64,000 nt of DNA, taken from contig NC_042998.1 in NCBI RefSeq assembly GCF_006345805.1, positions 1,736,001-1,800,000 on the forward strand, written 5' to 3'. Positions 26,378 to 37,996 of the stretch are shown here, one piece after another (positions within the stretch are counted from its first letter, which is position 1; the number at the start of each line of letters is the position of its first letter). Origin of the DNA: Octopus sinensis (lineage: Eukaryota). The translations under genes and the position numbers were made by a program. Under the pieces are notes generated by a model that made no database searches, was not told the origin of the DNA, and saw nothing but the letters and a program-made list of their open reading frames with translations.

Positions 26378-26650
26378 GGAGTTCAATTCCCGATGAGGCG
26401 TTGTGTCCTTGAGCAAGACACTTTACTTTCACGCCGCTCCAGTCCACTCAGTTGGCAAAAATGAGTAGTACCTGTATTTCAAAGAGCCAGCCTTGTCACA
26501 CTCTGCGTCACGCTGAATCTCCCCGAGAACTACGTTAAGGGTACACGTGTCTGTGGAGTGCTCAGCCACCTGTACGTTCATTTCACGAGCAAGGTGTTCC
26601 GTTGATCGCATCAGCTGGGATCCTCGTCGTTGTAACTGACGGAGTGCTCC
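26378..26650 (+). mobile_element. Chimeric SINE: family C head joined to family D body
   Basis: 26400-26468 matches 21647-21715; 26469-26575 matches 31575-31685. Confidence 0.75.
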
Positions 26651-26929
26651 TTCTTCCTTCATACCCTAACGACTTTGCAAGTTCAGTTCACTGTGAAAAA
26701 ATAAACAGTATAAATGAATAATAATTTACTGAAGTTGTATTTAAGGGTTGTTGCAAAAAAAAGATTTGTTGCAATGGTAACCGTATCAATTGAACGTGCT
26801 CAAGCACCAGAACCTTCTGTGATTAAGTGGATGTGAAAATCTGCAAACTAAAAGGTTGGAAATGTGAGAGAGTGATACACCTGAAATTGAAACTTTTATG
26901 AAACCATTTTTTTTGCTCTCTCTCTCTAT

Positions 26930-27527
26930 TCTTTTCTACTATAGGCACAAGGCTCGTAACTGGCACTCAATTTATCGACCCCGAAAGGATGAAAGGGAAA
27001 GTCGACCTCGGCGGAATTTGAACTCAGAACATAAAGACAGACGAAATACCGCTAAGCATTTCGCCCGGTGTGCTAACGTTTCTTATTTCTTTATTGCCCA
27101 GAAGGGGCTAAACATAGAGGAGACAAACAAGGACAGACAAAGGGATTAAGTCGATTACATTGACCCCAGTGCGTAACTGGTACTAATTTAATCGACCCCG
27201 AAGGGATGAAAGGCAAAGTCGACCTCGGCGGAATTTGAACTCAGAACGTGAAGACAGACGAAATACCGCAAGGCATTTCGCCCGGCGTGCTACCGTTTCT
27301 GCCAGGTTATCGCCTTTCTCTCAGCAAAATATTCTTTTCTGCTCTAGGCACAAGGCCCGAAATTTTGAAGGAGAAGGCAGTCGATTAGATCGACCCCAGT
27401 ACGCAACTGGTACTTAATTTATCGACCCTGAAAGGATGAAAGGCAATGTCGACCTTCGCAGAATTTGAACTCAGAATACCGCTAAGCATTTCACCCGGTG
27501 TGCTAACGTTTCTGACAGCTCCCCGCC
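26930..27527 (-). mobile_element. Three stacked family A SINE insertions
   Basis: Copy 27334-27527 is flanked by tttctctcagcaaaatatt (27315-27333 and 27528-27546). A tail-1 copy abuts that repeat and ends inside the head of a third copy (~27071). Confidence 0.82.
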
Positions 27528-27769
27528 TTTCTCTCAGCAAAATATTGTCGTAGCAAGACAAGATTGTTGCAAAGTAACCTTAAAAGACTTACAGGATTGA
27601 AGGTGTGTGAAAGGGTTTGATATTGTATTCCCCTTAGTAGAGATGTTTGTGAATGCATTCTACCGAGTACTTTTTAGTTCTGAATTATTTATGTGTGCCA
27701 AAATACTATATTTTGTGTCTGAGAAAGATAATCAAAGATAATTTATTACTGATTCTTGTAGTTTTGTTT

Positions 27770-27961
27770 TCAACTTTTGGCACAAGGCCAGCAATTTTGG
27801 AGGAGGGCAGCAAGTCGATTACATCGACCCCAGGGCTCAACTGGTATTTATTTTATTTAACCCGAAAGGATGAAAAGTAAAGTTGACCTCTGTAGAGTTT
27901 GAACTCAGAACGTAAATACGGACGAAATACTTATTTCTTTACTATTCGACTATTCTGAAAC

Positions 27962-28041
<80 letters not shown>

Positions 28042-28046
28042 TCTCT

Positions 28047-28094
<48 letters not shown>

Positions 28095-28330
28095 CTATTC
28101 TTTTCTACTCTAGGCACAAGGTTCGAAACTGGTACTTAATTTATCGACCCCAAAAGGAGGAAAGGCAAAGTCGACCTCGGCGGAATTTGAACTCAGAACG
28201 TAAAGACAGACGAAATACCGCAAAACATTTCATAAAAGTTTGAAATTTGAACTCACACCGTGAAGCAGTACTAAATACTGCTACGCATTTCGTCCGGCCT
28301 GATAACGGTTCCAGCAGTTAGCTGCCTTAA
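27770..28330 (-). mobile_element. Two family A SINE remnants separated by a (CT)n tract
   Basis: ~27770-27945 and ~28095-28330; (CT)n at 27967-28095. Confidence 0.7.
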
Positions 28331-28701
28331 ATTGATTCTTGAAATATTAAAAATATTTCTATAAAACATGCGTTTTAAAATTAAGTTGTTTTTTAATCTT
28401 TATAGCTGTTGGGTGGAGCCCGAGTTTCTTTAGTCGTAAAATAGTTTGGTACCGGTTCTGAAACCATGGCATAGAGGCACCCTCATTGGTTCGTTATTGT
28501 CATAGTTATTTCCGCTGATATTGGATATTGAGAGCAACGCAATTGCCAAAGTTGAAGTTGTGCTTGGTAATGGTTACTTTTGCAATTACTGCATCCGTTT
28601 GTTGATCTTCAACTTGATTTTACGATAGCATACTTCTCTTGCTTTCTTTCTTTTTTACATGAGCTCATAGCCCACAAATTGCATATAAATATATATATAT
28701 A

Positions 28702-29968
28702 CGCAGACATGAAGGAAATAAAGAGACAATTTCAAAATTTATGATCTAAGCGTCTTAATATGTTTTCAGCGGTGTAGAATTTACAATGTAATTATTCTTT
28801 TTCATTCCAGGTGCCATTATACTAAACATTTGCGAAGAGTAACCATGCCACGCACGAAAAATTCAGCAGAACTGTCAGATTTTCAAAGAGGTCGTATTGC
28901 TGGGCAATCTGAAGATGGTCTTAGCCAGCGAAAAATTGCCGAAAATCTTCAAATTCCTCTTGCTACTGTTAATAGAATTATAGTGCAATTCAAAAGCCAA
29001 GGAAAAGAATCAACAGATTCTCGTCCCGGCTGACCTGATCCCTCGGAAAGGAAGCTTCGCTATTTGAAGAGAATTGTGGAAAATGAACCCCGCTCGAAGG
29101 TTTCTGATGTTGCAAAACAACTAGAAGTTAGTCCAAGAACGTGTGTTACATATCTGCATAAGCTTGAGTATTATGGACGAGCAGCAAGAAGAAAACCTTT
29201 CCTTCAACCAATTAATATCATGAAAAGAAAGAAATGGGCTAAGGAGATGTCAGAAAAATTCAGTTCATTTTAGGATAGTGATTTGCTCAGATGAACCCAG
29301 ATTTGCATTATTTTCGGACAGTGGACGTGTTTGGGTCTGGACGCTTCCCAATCAAGAATTTGACTTGAAACGACTCCAAACAACTGTGAAACATGGTGGT
29401 ATCTCTGTAATGGTATGGGGAACTGTCACCACTAATGGTCGTTCTGAGCTGATCGAATGTGTTGGAACCATAAACTCTGCAAAATACATCGAAATACTTA
29501 AACAACGACTACTTCCGATGTATTCACGCAATAACACAAAGGAAAATGTGTTTTTATTAATGGAAGATGCGGCTCCATGCCACACAGCGAAAAGGAATCA
29601 ACAATGGTTGACTGAAAATGGGATCAAAAAGCTTACTTACCCGAGCCAATCTCCTGACATGAACCCAATTGAAAATATTTGGAGCATACTAGATAGAGCT
29701 ATACGAAAAACTCGACAGAAACCTAAATCTAAAGATGAATTGTTTCGATTGTTGCGTGAAAAGTGGGCAGAAATTCTATAAGAGACATTCACACAGCTCA
29801 TCAGTCCAATGCCAAAAAGAGTTTCTGAATTAAAACTGCAAAGGGAATGTCAACTAAATACTAAAGTATGTAGTCCTACCTATCGATTACATTTCAATTG
29901 TTCGCTTTGCGTATTAAATAAACGATTTTGAAAATTAAAGGTGTCTTCTTACTTCCTGCATGTCTGTG
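28702..29968 (+). mobile_element. Full-length but inactivated Tc1-family DNA transposon
   Basis: TA on both flanks. Imperfect ~26-bp TIRs: cgcagacatgaaggaaataaagagac versus right-end reverse complement cacagacatgcaggaagtaagaagac (5 mismatches). Encloses a transposase pseudogene. Confidence 0.92.
28845..29864 (+). pseudogene. Tc1 DD34E transposase pseudogene
   Basis: [21 protein letters not shown] start; (G)RP motif with a stop at 29031; AARRKP; SDE; VKHGG; EDAAPCH...SPDMNPIEN with 34 residues between D and E; ...STKY* end. Stops at 29031, 29271 and 29779, plus frameshifts near 29277 and 29833. Confidence 0.92.
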
Positions 29969-29974
29969 TATATG

Positions 29975-30120
29975 CGCAAGTGTGGCTGCGTGGTAAGACG
30001 CTTGCTTCCCAACCACATAATACCGGATTCAGTCCCACTGCGTGGCACCTTAGACAATGTCTTCTACTATAGTTCCGTGACCACAAGAGCCTTGTGAGTG
30101 GTTACTGAGAGATGCCCGTC

Positions 30121-30174
<54 letters not shown>

Positions 30175-30388
30175 GTGTGTGTGTGTCTTTGTGTCTATAT
30201 TTGTCCTCCACCACCGCTTGACAACCGGTGTGTGCTTACGTCCCCGTAACTTAGCAGTTTCGTAAAGAGATCGATAGAATAAGAACCAGGCTTTTAAAAA
30301 AAAGTACTAGGGTCGATTCATTCGACTAAATATTCTTCAAGGTGGTGCCCCAGCATGGCCACAGTCACACGACTGAAACAAGTAAAAG
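29975..30388 (+). mobile_element. SINE family B, variant subfamily, between the Tc1 and the Helitron
   Basis: Homologous to 24037-24448; variant 3' end cacagtcacacgact. Confidence 0.8.
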
Positions 30389-30389
30389 A

Positions 30390-30698
30390 TATATATATAT
30401 ATATAAGAGAGAGAGATTCTGTTTGTCTGTTCGTCCCACAAAGTGAAACTACAACCAGGCACCATCTCTATGACTTCCTATGTCTCCTCTACTCTCTCTC
30501 TCTCCCCTTCTATATTCTCTGTCTGTCTCTCTACCATGCTACTTTAAAGAGATCCTGTCTCTTTGTACCGCAAAGTAAAACTAATACCCTGCTATGATAC
30601 TTTAATGAAACACCATCTCTCTATGATTTTTTCTTCTTCTCTATCTGTCTATTGTCCTTCTCTTTCTTCTTCTCTCTTTCTCTCTTCCTTTTTCCCTT

Positions 30699-30731
<33 letters not shown>

Positions 30732-32713
30732 TTCTTATTTACACATGGAGTAATAATAAATGGAACAGACGCAAAATAGGCACAATGGTTAAAGGCCATT
30801 CTGGTATTAAGTTTGGAACAACAATTGGAAGATTATAAACTGTACATCCTAACTGAAATGAACGCTTTCATCTCAGAATGCTTCTTCATGTAAAATGAGG
30901 ACCAACTTCATGGGAAAGTTTAAAACAAGTTAATGATGAGATTCGCAGAACATATCGAGAAGCGTGTTTCAAGCTAGGTTTGCTTGCAAATGATAAGCAA
31001 TGGCAAGCTACATTAGAAGAAGCTTCAATATCAAAAATACCGAAGACTTTAAGATGTCTTTTTGCTATTATTCTCAAAAATTGTGAAGTAAGTAATCCTG
31101 TTCAACCGTGGAATATATTCAGAAATGATCTTGCTGAAGATTTCAAGTACCAACTTCAGTTCAATAATCCTCAGCAAGATATTGATTGGTTTTACTGATG
31201 CTATATACAATGTGGCTTTGATTGAAATAGAAGATCAAATTAGTCCCATGGGAGGTGAACTTATACAAAATTTAGGTCTCCCACTAATTAATAGAGGGGA
31301 TCTTAACACTCCGTCCACTGAAATAATGAGAGAAATTTCATATGATAAGGAGGAAATGACCATGTACATAAATGATAATCTTACCAAACTTCTGGTCCAG
31401 TGGCTAGGGCAGCGGACTCGCGGTCATAGGATAGCGGTTTCGATTCCCTGACCGGGCATTGTGAGTGTTTATTGAGCGAAAACACCTAAAGCTCCACGAG
31501 GCTCCAGTAGGGGGGGTGAACCCTGCTGTACTCTTTCACCATAACTTTCTCTCACTCTTTCTTCCTGTTTCTGTTGTACCTGTATTTCAAAGGGCCAGCC
31601 TTGTGACACTCTGTGTCACGCTGAATCTCCCCGAGAACTACGTTAAGGGTACACGTGTCTGTGGAGTGCTCAGCCACTTGGACGTTAATAAATGAGCTGC
31701 GACGTCACTGGTGCCAAGCTGTATCAGCCTTTGCCTTTCCCTTGGATAACATGGGTGGCGTGGAGAGGTGAGGCTGGTATGCATGGGTGGCTGCTGGTCT
31801 TCCATAAACAACCTTGCCTAGACTTGTGCCTCGGAGAGTAACTTTCTAGGTGCAACACCAAGCTTCTACCTGATCAACGTTGTGTATATTCCACTGTCAT
31901 ACAAAAAAATTATTAACAATAACACGGGGGGGGGCTTTATTTCTTGTACTGAAACTCCTTCTGGGTAAAGTTCGTCAAGAATAGCTTTAGCTACTCTTAC
32001 TTCTGGGATTGCAGCAACGTTACTACCCGGAAGTTGGATTACCCATTCAAGATGTCATTAGATTTATCTAACAAACAAGATCAAGTTTGTAATATATCTA
32101 AAGATTCCGCAATGGGTGAACTAATACAAAGATGTCAGTTAATTTTCTCGAACGAATGTACCATAGTCCACAAAAATGTTTTTGAGGTGTTGGCAGAACA
32201 TTACGAGACATTAGAAATTGCAATTCCATGATGGGAAATGTCACAGTATTATTGCCAGAAGACTTCCGACAAACACGACCGGTTGTTCCAAGAGGAACAC
32301 AAGTGGATGAGCTCAATGCTTCAATAAAGTCTCCTGTATTATGGCATCATTTAACTTTCAACAAATATGAGATCGAGGCTTTCAAGACATCAATCAACTG
32401 AACTATTTTCATGTAATAAACAAACGGAACTTCATGTATAAAAATGATCTTTTTTCTATTTCAGTTATTACATGTTTCTCTTATAAAAATATATCATTAC
32501 CATTACTGTATATATAAATAAAATAACACACACAACTCACTTATTATTGTCATATCATAAACAAACACAAGTTCACGTATGATATTGATCTTTCTTCTAC
32601 TTCAATTATTACATGGCTTTCCCTTCAAAAATACATACACACAGGAGGAGGAGTAAATTATACATATAATAATACTTTCAATGTGACTCCCGATAAACGG
32701 GTTTTACTGCTAG
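30390..32713 (+). mobile_element. Internally deleted Helitron (RepHel remnant) with a nested SINE
   Basis: 30738-31393 reads YTWSNNKWNRRK..IGRL..VHPN.NERFHLRMLLHVK.GPTSW..TYREACFKLGLL..DKQWQATLEEAS..LRCLFAIIL, the region between Rep and helicase. 31868-32370 reads PIF1-like TSGIAATLL, CNISKDS, DFRQT.PVVPRG. 3' hairpin CCCG-ataaa-CGGG (32689-32701) then CTAG|T (32710-32714). 5' end approximate (ATATAAGAGAG..TCTGTTTGTCTG). Confidence 0.88.
31394..31856 (+). mobile_element. tRNA-derived SINE family D inserted in the Helitron ORF, 11-bp TSD
   Basis: accaaacttct (31383-31393) and accaagcttct (31857-31867). Removing the insert restores LTKLLPDQRCVY. Confidence 0.85.
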
Positions 32714-33102
32714 TATATATATAATATTAGGGAGTAAATCCAAACTTACAGGGAAAAATTAGATTTAGGATTAAATCTAATTTTATAGTATAAATATATA
32801 TATTATATTAAATTAGAGATAAAACCACTATTAGGCAAATCAAACAGTGAAAATCATAAACCAATACATAGAAATAAAATTAATTGATAAAAAATATATA
32901 AAATATAAAATTCAAAATTAAAATATTTAAATTAAAGTTAAAATTTTTTAAATTATTTAAATTAATAATTTAAACTTATAAATTTTAAATATATATATAT
33001 TGTTATTATTATTATTTATTTATTTATTATTTATTTATTTATTTATTTTTAATTATTATATAACTATCAAAAAGTATTAAAAGTTTAATATAAGATAAAG
33101 AG

Positions 33103-33138
<36 letters not shown>

Positions 33139-33164
33139 GACAGACAGTCATACAGATATATGCC

Positions 33165-33354
33165 TTTTACCTTTTACTTGTCCCCCACCACCGTTTAACA
33201 ACCGGTGTTAGCGTGTTTGCGTCCCCGTAACTTAGCGGTTCGGCAAAGAGACCGAAAGAATAAGTACCAGGCTTTAAAAAAAAGTACTAGGGTCGATTCA
33301 TTCGACTAAAAATTCTTCAAGGTAGTGCCCCAGCATGGCCACAGTCACACGACT
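33165..33354 (+). mobile_element. 3' half of SINE family B, same variant as 29975-30388
   Basis: Shares gtactagggtcgattcattcgactaaa..cacagtcacacgact. Confidence 0.8.
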
Positions 33355-33465
33355 ATACCCTGCGTATCCTACTCCTATTTCTATTAATAGTAAATGCTTG
33401 CGTAAAAGTAAAAATTTAATCATGACACAAAAACTCTCTCTCTCTCTCCCTCTCTCTCTCTCTCT

Positions 33466-33532
<67 letters not shown>

Positions 33533-34901
33533 ATAGTCATCAACTAACTGCTCGAATGTTCACGAATACATGAAATTGAGATTTTATTAAGAAAAAAACC
33601 CGAGACCCAGCCATTTCAGTGATCCACTTGTGAGCCACGGTCATTATTTTTTGTTGTTTGGATGCAATTTGATTGAATATGTTCTGTCATTATTGTCTAC
33701 AATAATTATCATTTCCAACAGAGCCCCCAGAACTCGTCTGAAGGACTTCTTTGCCTTTTCGATTATAGTACTTTTAACTGTTAGTTTAATTTATCAATAC
33801 GAAAAGGATAAAGTGAAAAAAAGAAATCTAACCCGATTGAATTTGAACTCTGAACGTGAAGGGACGTAGCTAAATACCGCGATGGATTTTGAAAAAATAT
33901 TTCTAAATTGGTAAAAAAAAAAAAATTGATAGTGAAAAAGTTTAGATCATTAAATCGACTCGAAGTGTATTGTTGGAATTATTTTATCGATATCGATCCC
34001 AAAAGAGAAGAATGATAAAGTCGATCCAGATGGTATTTGAACTCAGAATGTCGAATGACGTAACTATAGTAATACGATGATAGTACGTGGGTTCATTGAA
34101 AACTGTAGAAATGTCCAGTTGCACAAACAAAGCGTTCTTAACTGTCCTTTTTTCTCAACAGGCCATTTACCTTCTCGCCAATGGTCTCAATGAGCCATTT
34201 TGTAATCACCTCAAACATCACACACACACACACTTACCTACGTCTGTCTATTTATATGATATGATATAATCACAGGAAAGCTTAGAAGGCTGTCAGCGTC
34301 GTCCGACAAGAATCAAATGTGCACAAAACAAAAATCAGGGTTATGTAATTTTACTGTGCACAATGTAGGAAAGATAAATTTAGTTGATTTACCTCAGTTT
34401 AGCAATTAAGAAAAAATCTATAATCCATGGTTATTGCTACCTTAGGAAATGCCACGTGTGTTTGTTTCTCTATCTGGCATTAAAACATTTTCAGGGAGGT
34501 AATTCTTGCAAATCTTCACTGGCTACATTTTATTTTTCCTTATTTTTAATAAATGAATGAATGTGAAATCAGACAAAAGATTGATTAGAAAAAAAGAAAA
34601 GAATACTATTAATGTTTCACTTAGGTTTTTTTTTAATATTACTTCCCACAAAAATAGCAAAAATCCAGTGTAAAGTCAGGACAAAAATCAATGTTTTTAT
34701 CTAAAGGAGAAAAAAAAAATTATGAAAATAATTTCTTCCATGTAAAAGGTGAGATATTCTAGATTTAATTGGTTTCAGTAAATCACTGGAAGAGTTTTTT
34801 AATCGCCCAGGTACGGTAGAAAAATTTACCACCACAATTGCGTGCGAAATCAAAGCGTAAAATGACATCTAAGAACCACAAGGGATTCAATTACTGCTTA
34901 C

Positions 34902-34964
34902 CCGCAATTCGGCCCTTATCGAACGTACTATGATCACCGTTTCCTAACTCTGTCAACAGTTTTG
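34902..34964 (-). CDS. Candidate exon 2 of the minus-strand gene, 63 nt, phase 1-1 ((A)KLLTELGNGDHSTFDKGRIA)
   Basis: Acceptor tctctttccag| and donor |gtaagc. Only the phase-1 frame is open, and it is the frame delivered by exon 35634-35523. Confidence 0.62.
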
Positions 34965-35172
34965 CTGGAAAGAGATGGGGTCTTTATATATATATATAAA
35001 CTTTTTGGCTGCTATTTCTAAAAATTTCAGTATGTGGCAAAGTAAATTATTTTACTGAGCCCTAATTACATAACGTAATATTTTGAATAAGCCTTGAATG
35101 GTCCTTTTACATACTGAACACTACTTGGTGAAATTAATTAATAATCAATTGATTTCACCCTTAATTATTGAT

Positions 35173-35234
<62 letters not shown>

Positions 35235-35522
35235 AAAAAAAAAAGCACCTAAGACTTAATAAAAAAAAGACCCACTGTACCACGGACTATATTATTCTAA
35301 GTCGCCATCCAGTTTTAAAACGGTAGTGTGACTTAAGGAAGGTTTGGCTATTTTTACTCTGTAGAGTGATCAAATAAAGAAAGGTTCTCTCACATCGCCT
35401 GAGATTCTACTAAAATGAAATCGACTTCATTTTTAGCATTGAGTACTTTAGTGTAAACATGAGAGTGTTTACAACGTTATTTTTATGAAAACTGGCCGTT
35501 TACATTGTTATACCTATGTTAC

Positions 35523-35634
35523 CTTGACATACAATACTATCAGTAGTGGGGATCATGATAGCAATAATAATAATAACACAAATAATTCTGATGGAGATAA
35601 ACAAAACAAAATTGTCTTCTTTCCTCCCCAACAT
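35523..35634 (-). CDS. Candidate first coding exon of a minus-strand gene: N-terminal signal peptide/signal anchor (MLGRKEDNFVLFISIRIICVIIIIAIMIPTTDSIVCQ + 1 nt)
   Basis: Translated by hand. ATG in aaacaATG context (A at -3); 37 codons + 1 nt; basic N-terminus then a long hydrophobic stretch; ends at donor AAG|gtaaca in phase 1, matching the next candidate exon. Not in the ORF track. Confidence 0.65.
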
Positions 35635-36286
35635 TGTTTATTATGGTTAAAAACAATCCAACAAATCACTTTGATTTGGTTTTTATCCAATCGTCGTCCG
35701 CCAAAGAGGTCATGTGACCGACTACGTCATCACCATCACCACCATCGTCATCAGCAATCTATTGAAGAAGAAGAAGAAGAAGAAGAAGAAGCTTTAGACT
35801 CGGAAAACATCAACAAAGTGTCGTGACTCGGTGGACTTGTCCTTCCTGCTTCTTCTCGCAAAGCAGATTTGTTTGATACTGCGACTGTGATTATCGTCGT
35901 TTATCTTGTAAGTCATTAATAATATTAGCAACGTGATCGTTAATTGCCGTTTGGGAAGCCAAGTTGCGGCTGAAGCAACGAGATTTCAGAGAGAAAGACG
36001 AACCGCGGCTGACATAGACATCTTCTCTCTCTAACAATTTCACATTTATTTCATTATTTCGCTGATTTCTTTAAAGAAAAAAACAGCTGAAGAAAAATTC
36101 AGGTGGAAAATATAAAAACGGAGCAAAAAAAAAAATTACGCAATTAAATTGAGAAGAGGTTTTAATTAACGAAATTGATTTAAAACTTGTCAACAAAAAA
36201 GTGAGAAACGAAAAATCCAGAAAAGTGGAAAAAGAAGAAGCAAGAAATAATCAACAACTGCGAAAGAAGCGAAAAGAATCGCCACG
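35635..36286. promoter_or_regulatory. Putative bidirectional promoter and 5'UTRs between the divergent genes
   Basis: Lies between two divergent ATGs. Contains CCAAT (35687-35691), extended E-box GGTCATGTGACC (35708-35719), CRE-like TACGTCA (35723-35729), a (GAA)n run (~35763-35791) and a possible + strand UTR donor |gtaagt at 35908. Free of SINEs, unlike the flanks. Confidence 0.5.
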
Positions 36287-36329
36287 ATGGCAGATAATCA
36301 GTTTTCTGAATTGGATGACGATTTAACCG
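36287..36329 (+). CDS. Candidate first coding exon of a plus-strand gene (MADNQFSELDDDLT + 1 nt)
   Basis: Strong Kozak-like context gccacgATGG; 14 codons + G followed by consensus donor |gtaagt; preceded by purine-rich 5'UTR-like sequence. No second exon identified in the window. Confidence 0.65.
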
Positions 36330-37169
36330 GTAAGTGGAATAGGGTTTGTCTCCATTCCTTTAAAATAGGATAAATTAAGGTCTGAGCCATTTTCCCGCCA
36401 CCCCAGATCCTTATTTATGAATGATGCAAGGTTCGGTGGTTTATTAGCAAAACAAGACGGGGGATAGAAAAAAAAAAGGCTATGAACAGTATTGTTGATG
36501 ATGGGTCTTCTTCGTTGACAGACAGACAGACATTAATGTTTTCATGTTTTAAGGAAGGAAACAAAAAACATGGGTCAGTCACCAGGGAGAAACATAGGAA
36601 AGAAAAGCTGTTACTTCGAATAACAAAAAACAAATCGAGATGAACCACTGTTGGGGTCGATCTCCGAAAAACAGCGACAAAATCGCTTTCAGATCCTACC
36701 CTAACGTCTTTAAAAAAGGGGACGGGTAGATACGGGTGGATAATGTTAATTCCTAGTCACACAATGTTGAACGAATTACGACGCGAGAGTCGAGGCTGGT
36801 GTGTCAGCATGATCAGGACATATACATATATATATATATATCAACAAGAATAAAAGACATGTTTATTGTTTAAAACTATAATTTTTACCACCTAAACTAA
36901 TTACATTGTTTCAGTTAATTCAAATTCTTTCCTTCTTTTTATATATATATATAATATATATATATATATAATATATATATATATATATAATATATATGTG
37001 TGTGTGTGTGTGTGTGTGTTGTTTATTTATTTCATTGATATGTCTGTTTAATTCGTTCAGTCTTTGCTGCTACAGCTGTGTTGTTGTTGTCATTATTTCA
37101 GTTATGTGTGTTTTCTGTCTTTATTTCTTGCCAGTCAATGTCTATATCATCATTTGTTTTTGTTGTTTA

Positions 37170-37225
37170 ACCCCGAGACAGCCCTGATCGAGCAAACCTA
37201 TAATGATAGACACTCTTGCCGTAAC

Positions 37226-37283
<58 letters not shown>

Positions 37284-37390
37284 TTTTTTTTTCCTTTTGT
37301 TACAAGAATATTGTTATCCAATATTGTTTTTAAGGCGCGATAGAATCTGGTTGAGGGAGTTTGGCTGCATTTCAAACAGATCCAACTACA
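37170..37390 (+). repeat. Best-preserved copy of an ancient unclassified interspersed repeat (more than 20 fragments in the window)
   Basis: Two motifs recur, often linked: agccctgatcgagcagacctatgatcaaag..ccagccgtgaccatc and gagatttggctgctatttctagc. Other examples near 1080, 2215, 36660, 38440, 40500, 40880, 44735, 46310, 52095, 52340, 52480, 53390, 54200, 57310, 62285. Confidence 0.7.
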
Positions 37391-37830
37391 TTCGCTCGAT
37401 CTGCAACAAATAACAGCCAAAACTCAAATCCCACCCTGCCTACCCTCCACTAGAAATGATGCAATGGATTATGTAGTCCCAGACGCATCCTGTCTAAATG
37501 GGTTGTCAAGGCTAGAGCGCCTTTCATTGCACATCTGCTTGTGTCTTTACAATTTTATTGTTTTTTCGGTATCAGTGTGGAGCAGAACAACAGCCACGGA
37601 TGCTCTTCACCTCGGATACTCTTCTGTTTATTATTATCGTTGCCAGACATCGATGAGGTTCTGCTGTTGTTTCTCCTCAACAATGGTTCTTATTAATAAT
37701 TAGCAACAAAGATAAACACACCGAATCGATGCAATCGATTAATCTTCCTCACTAAATTATTATTATTATTATTATTATTAAAACTGTTATGTATGTATGT
37801 AGATAAATAGGTTGGTATAGGTATATATAT

Positions 37831-37877
<47 letters not shown>

Positions 37878-37926
37878 TATACATATACATATACCTACCT
37901 ACATAATGCATATATATGTATGTATA

Positions 37927-37996
<70 letters not shown>

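Noticed and set aside
26665-26690. 26-nt minus-strand segment with strong splice sites
   Set aside because: Stop codons in all three frames.
34902-34964. STFDKGRIAG as a Tc1 N-terminus relic (cf. [10 protein letters not shown])
   Set aside because: Similarity stops exactly at the gtaagc donor and no TIR is present; the exon reading is better supported.
35485-35826. 113-aa + strand ORF with His and Glu runs
   Set aside because: Low-complexity triplet runs; it lies antisense to the better-supported signal-peptide exon and across the promoter.
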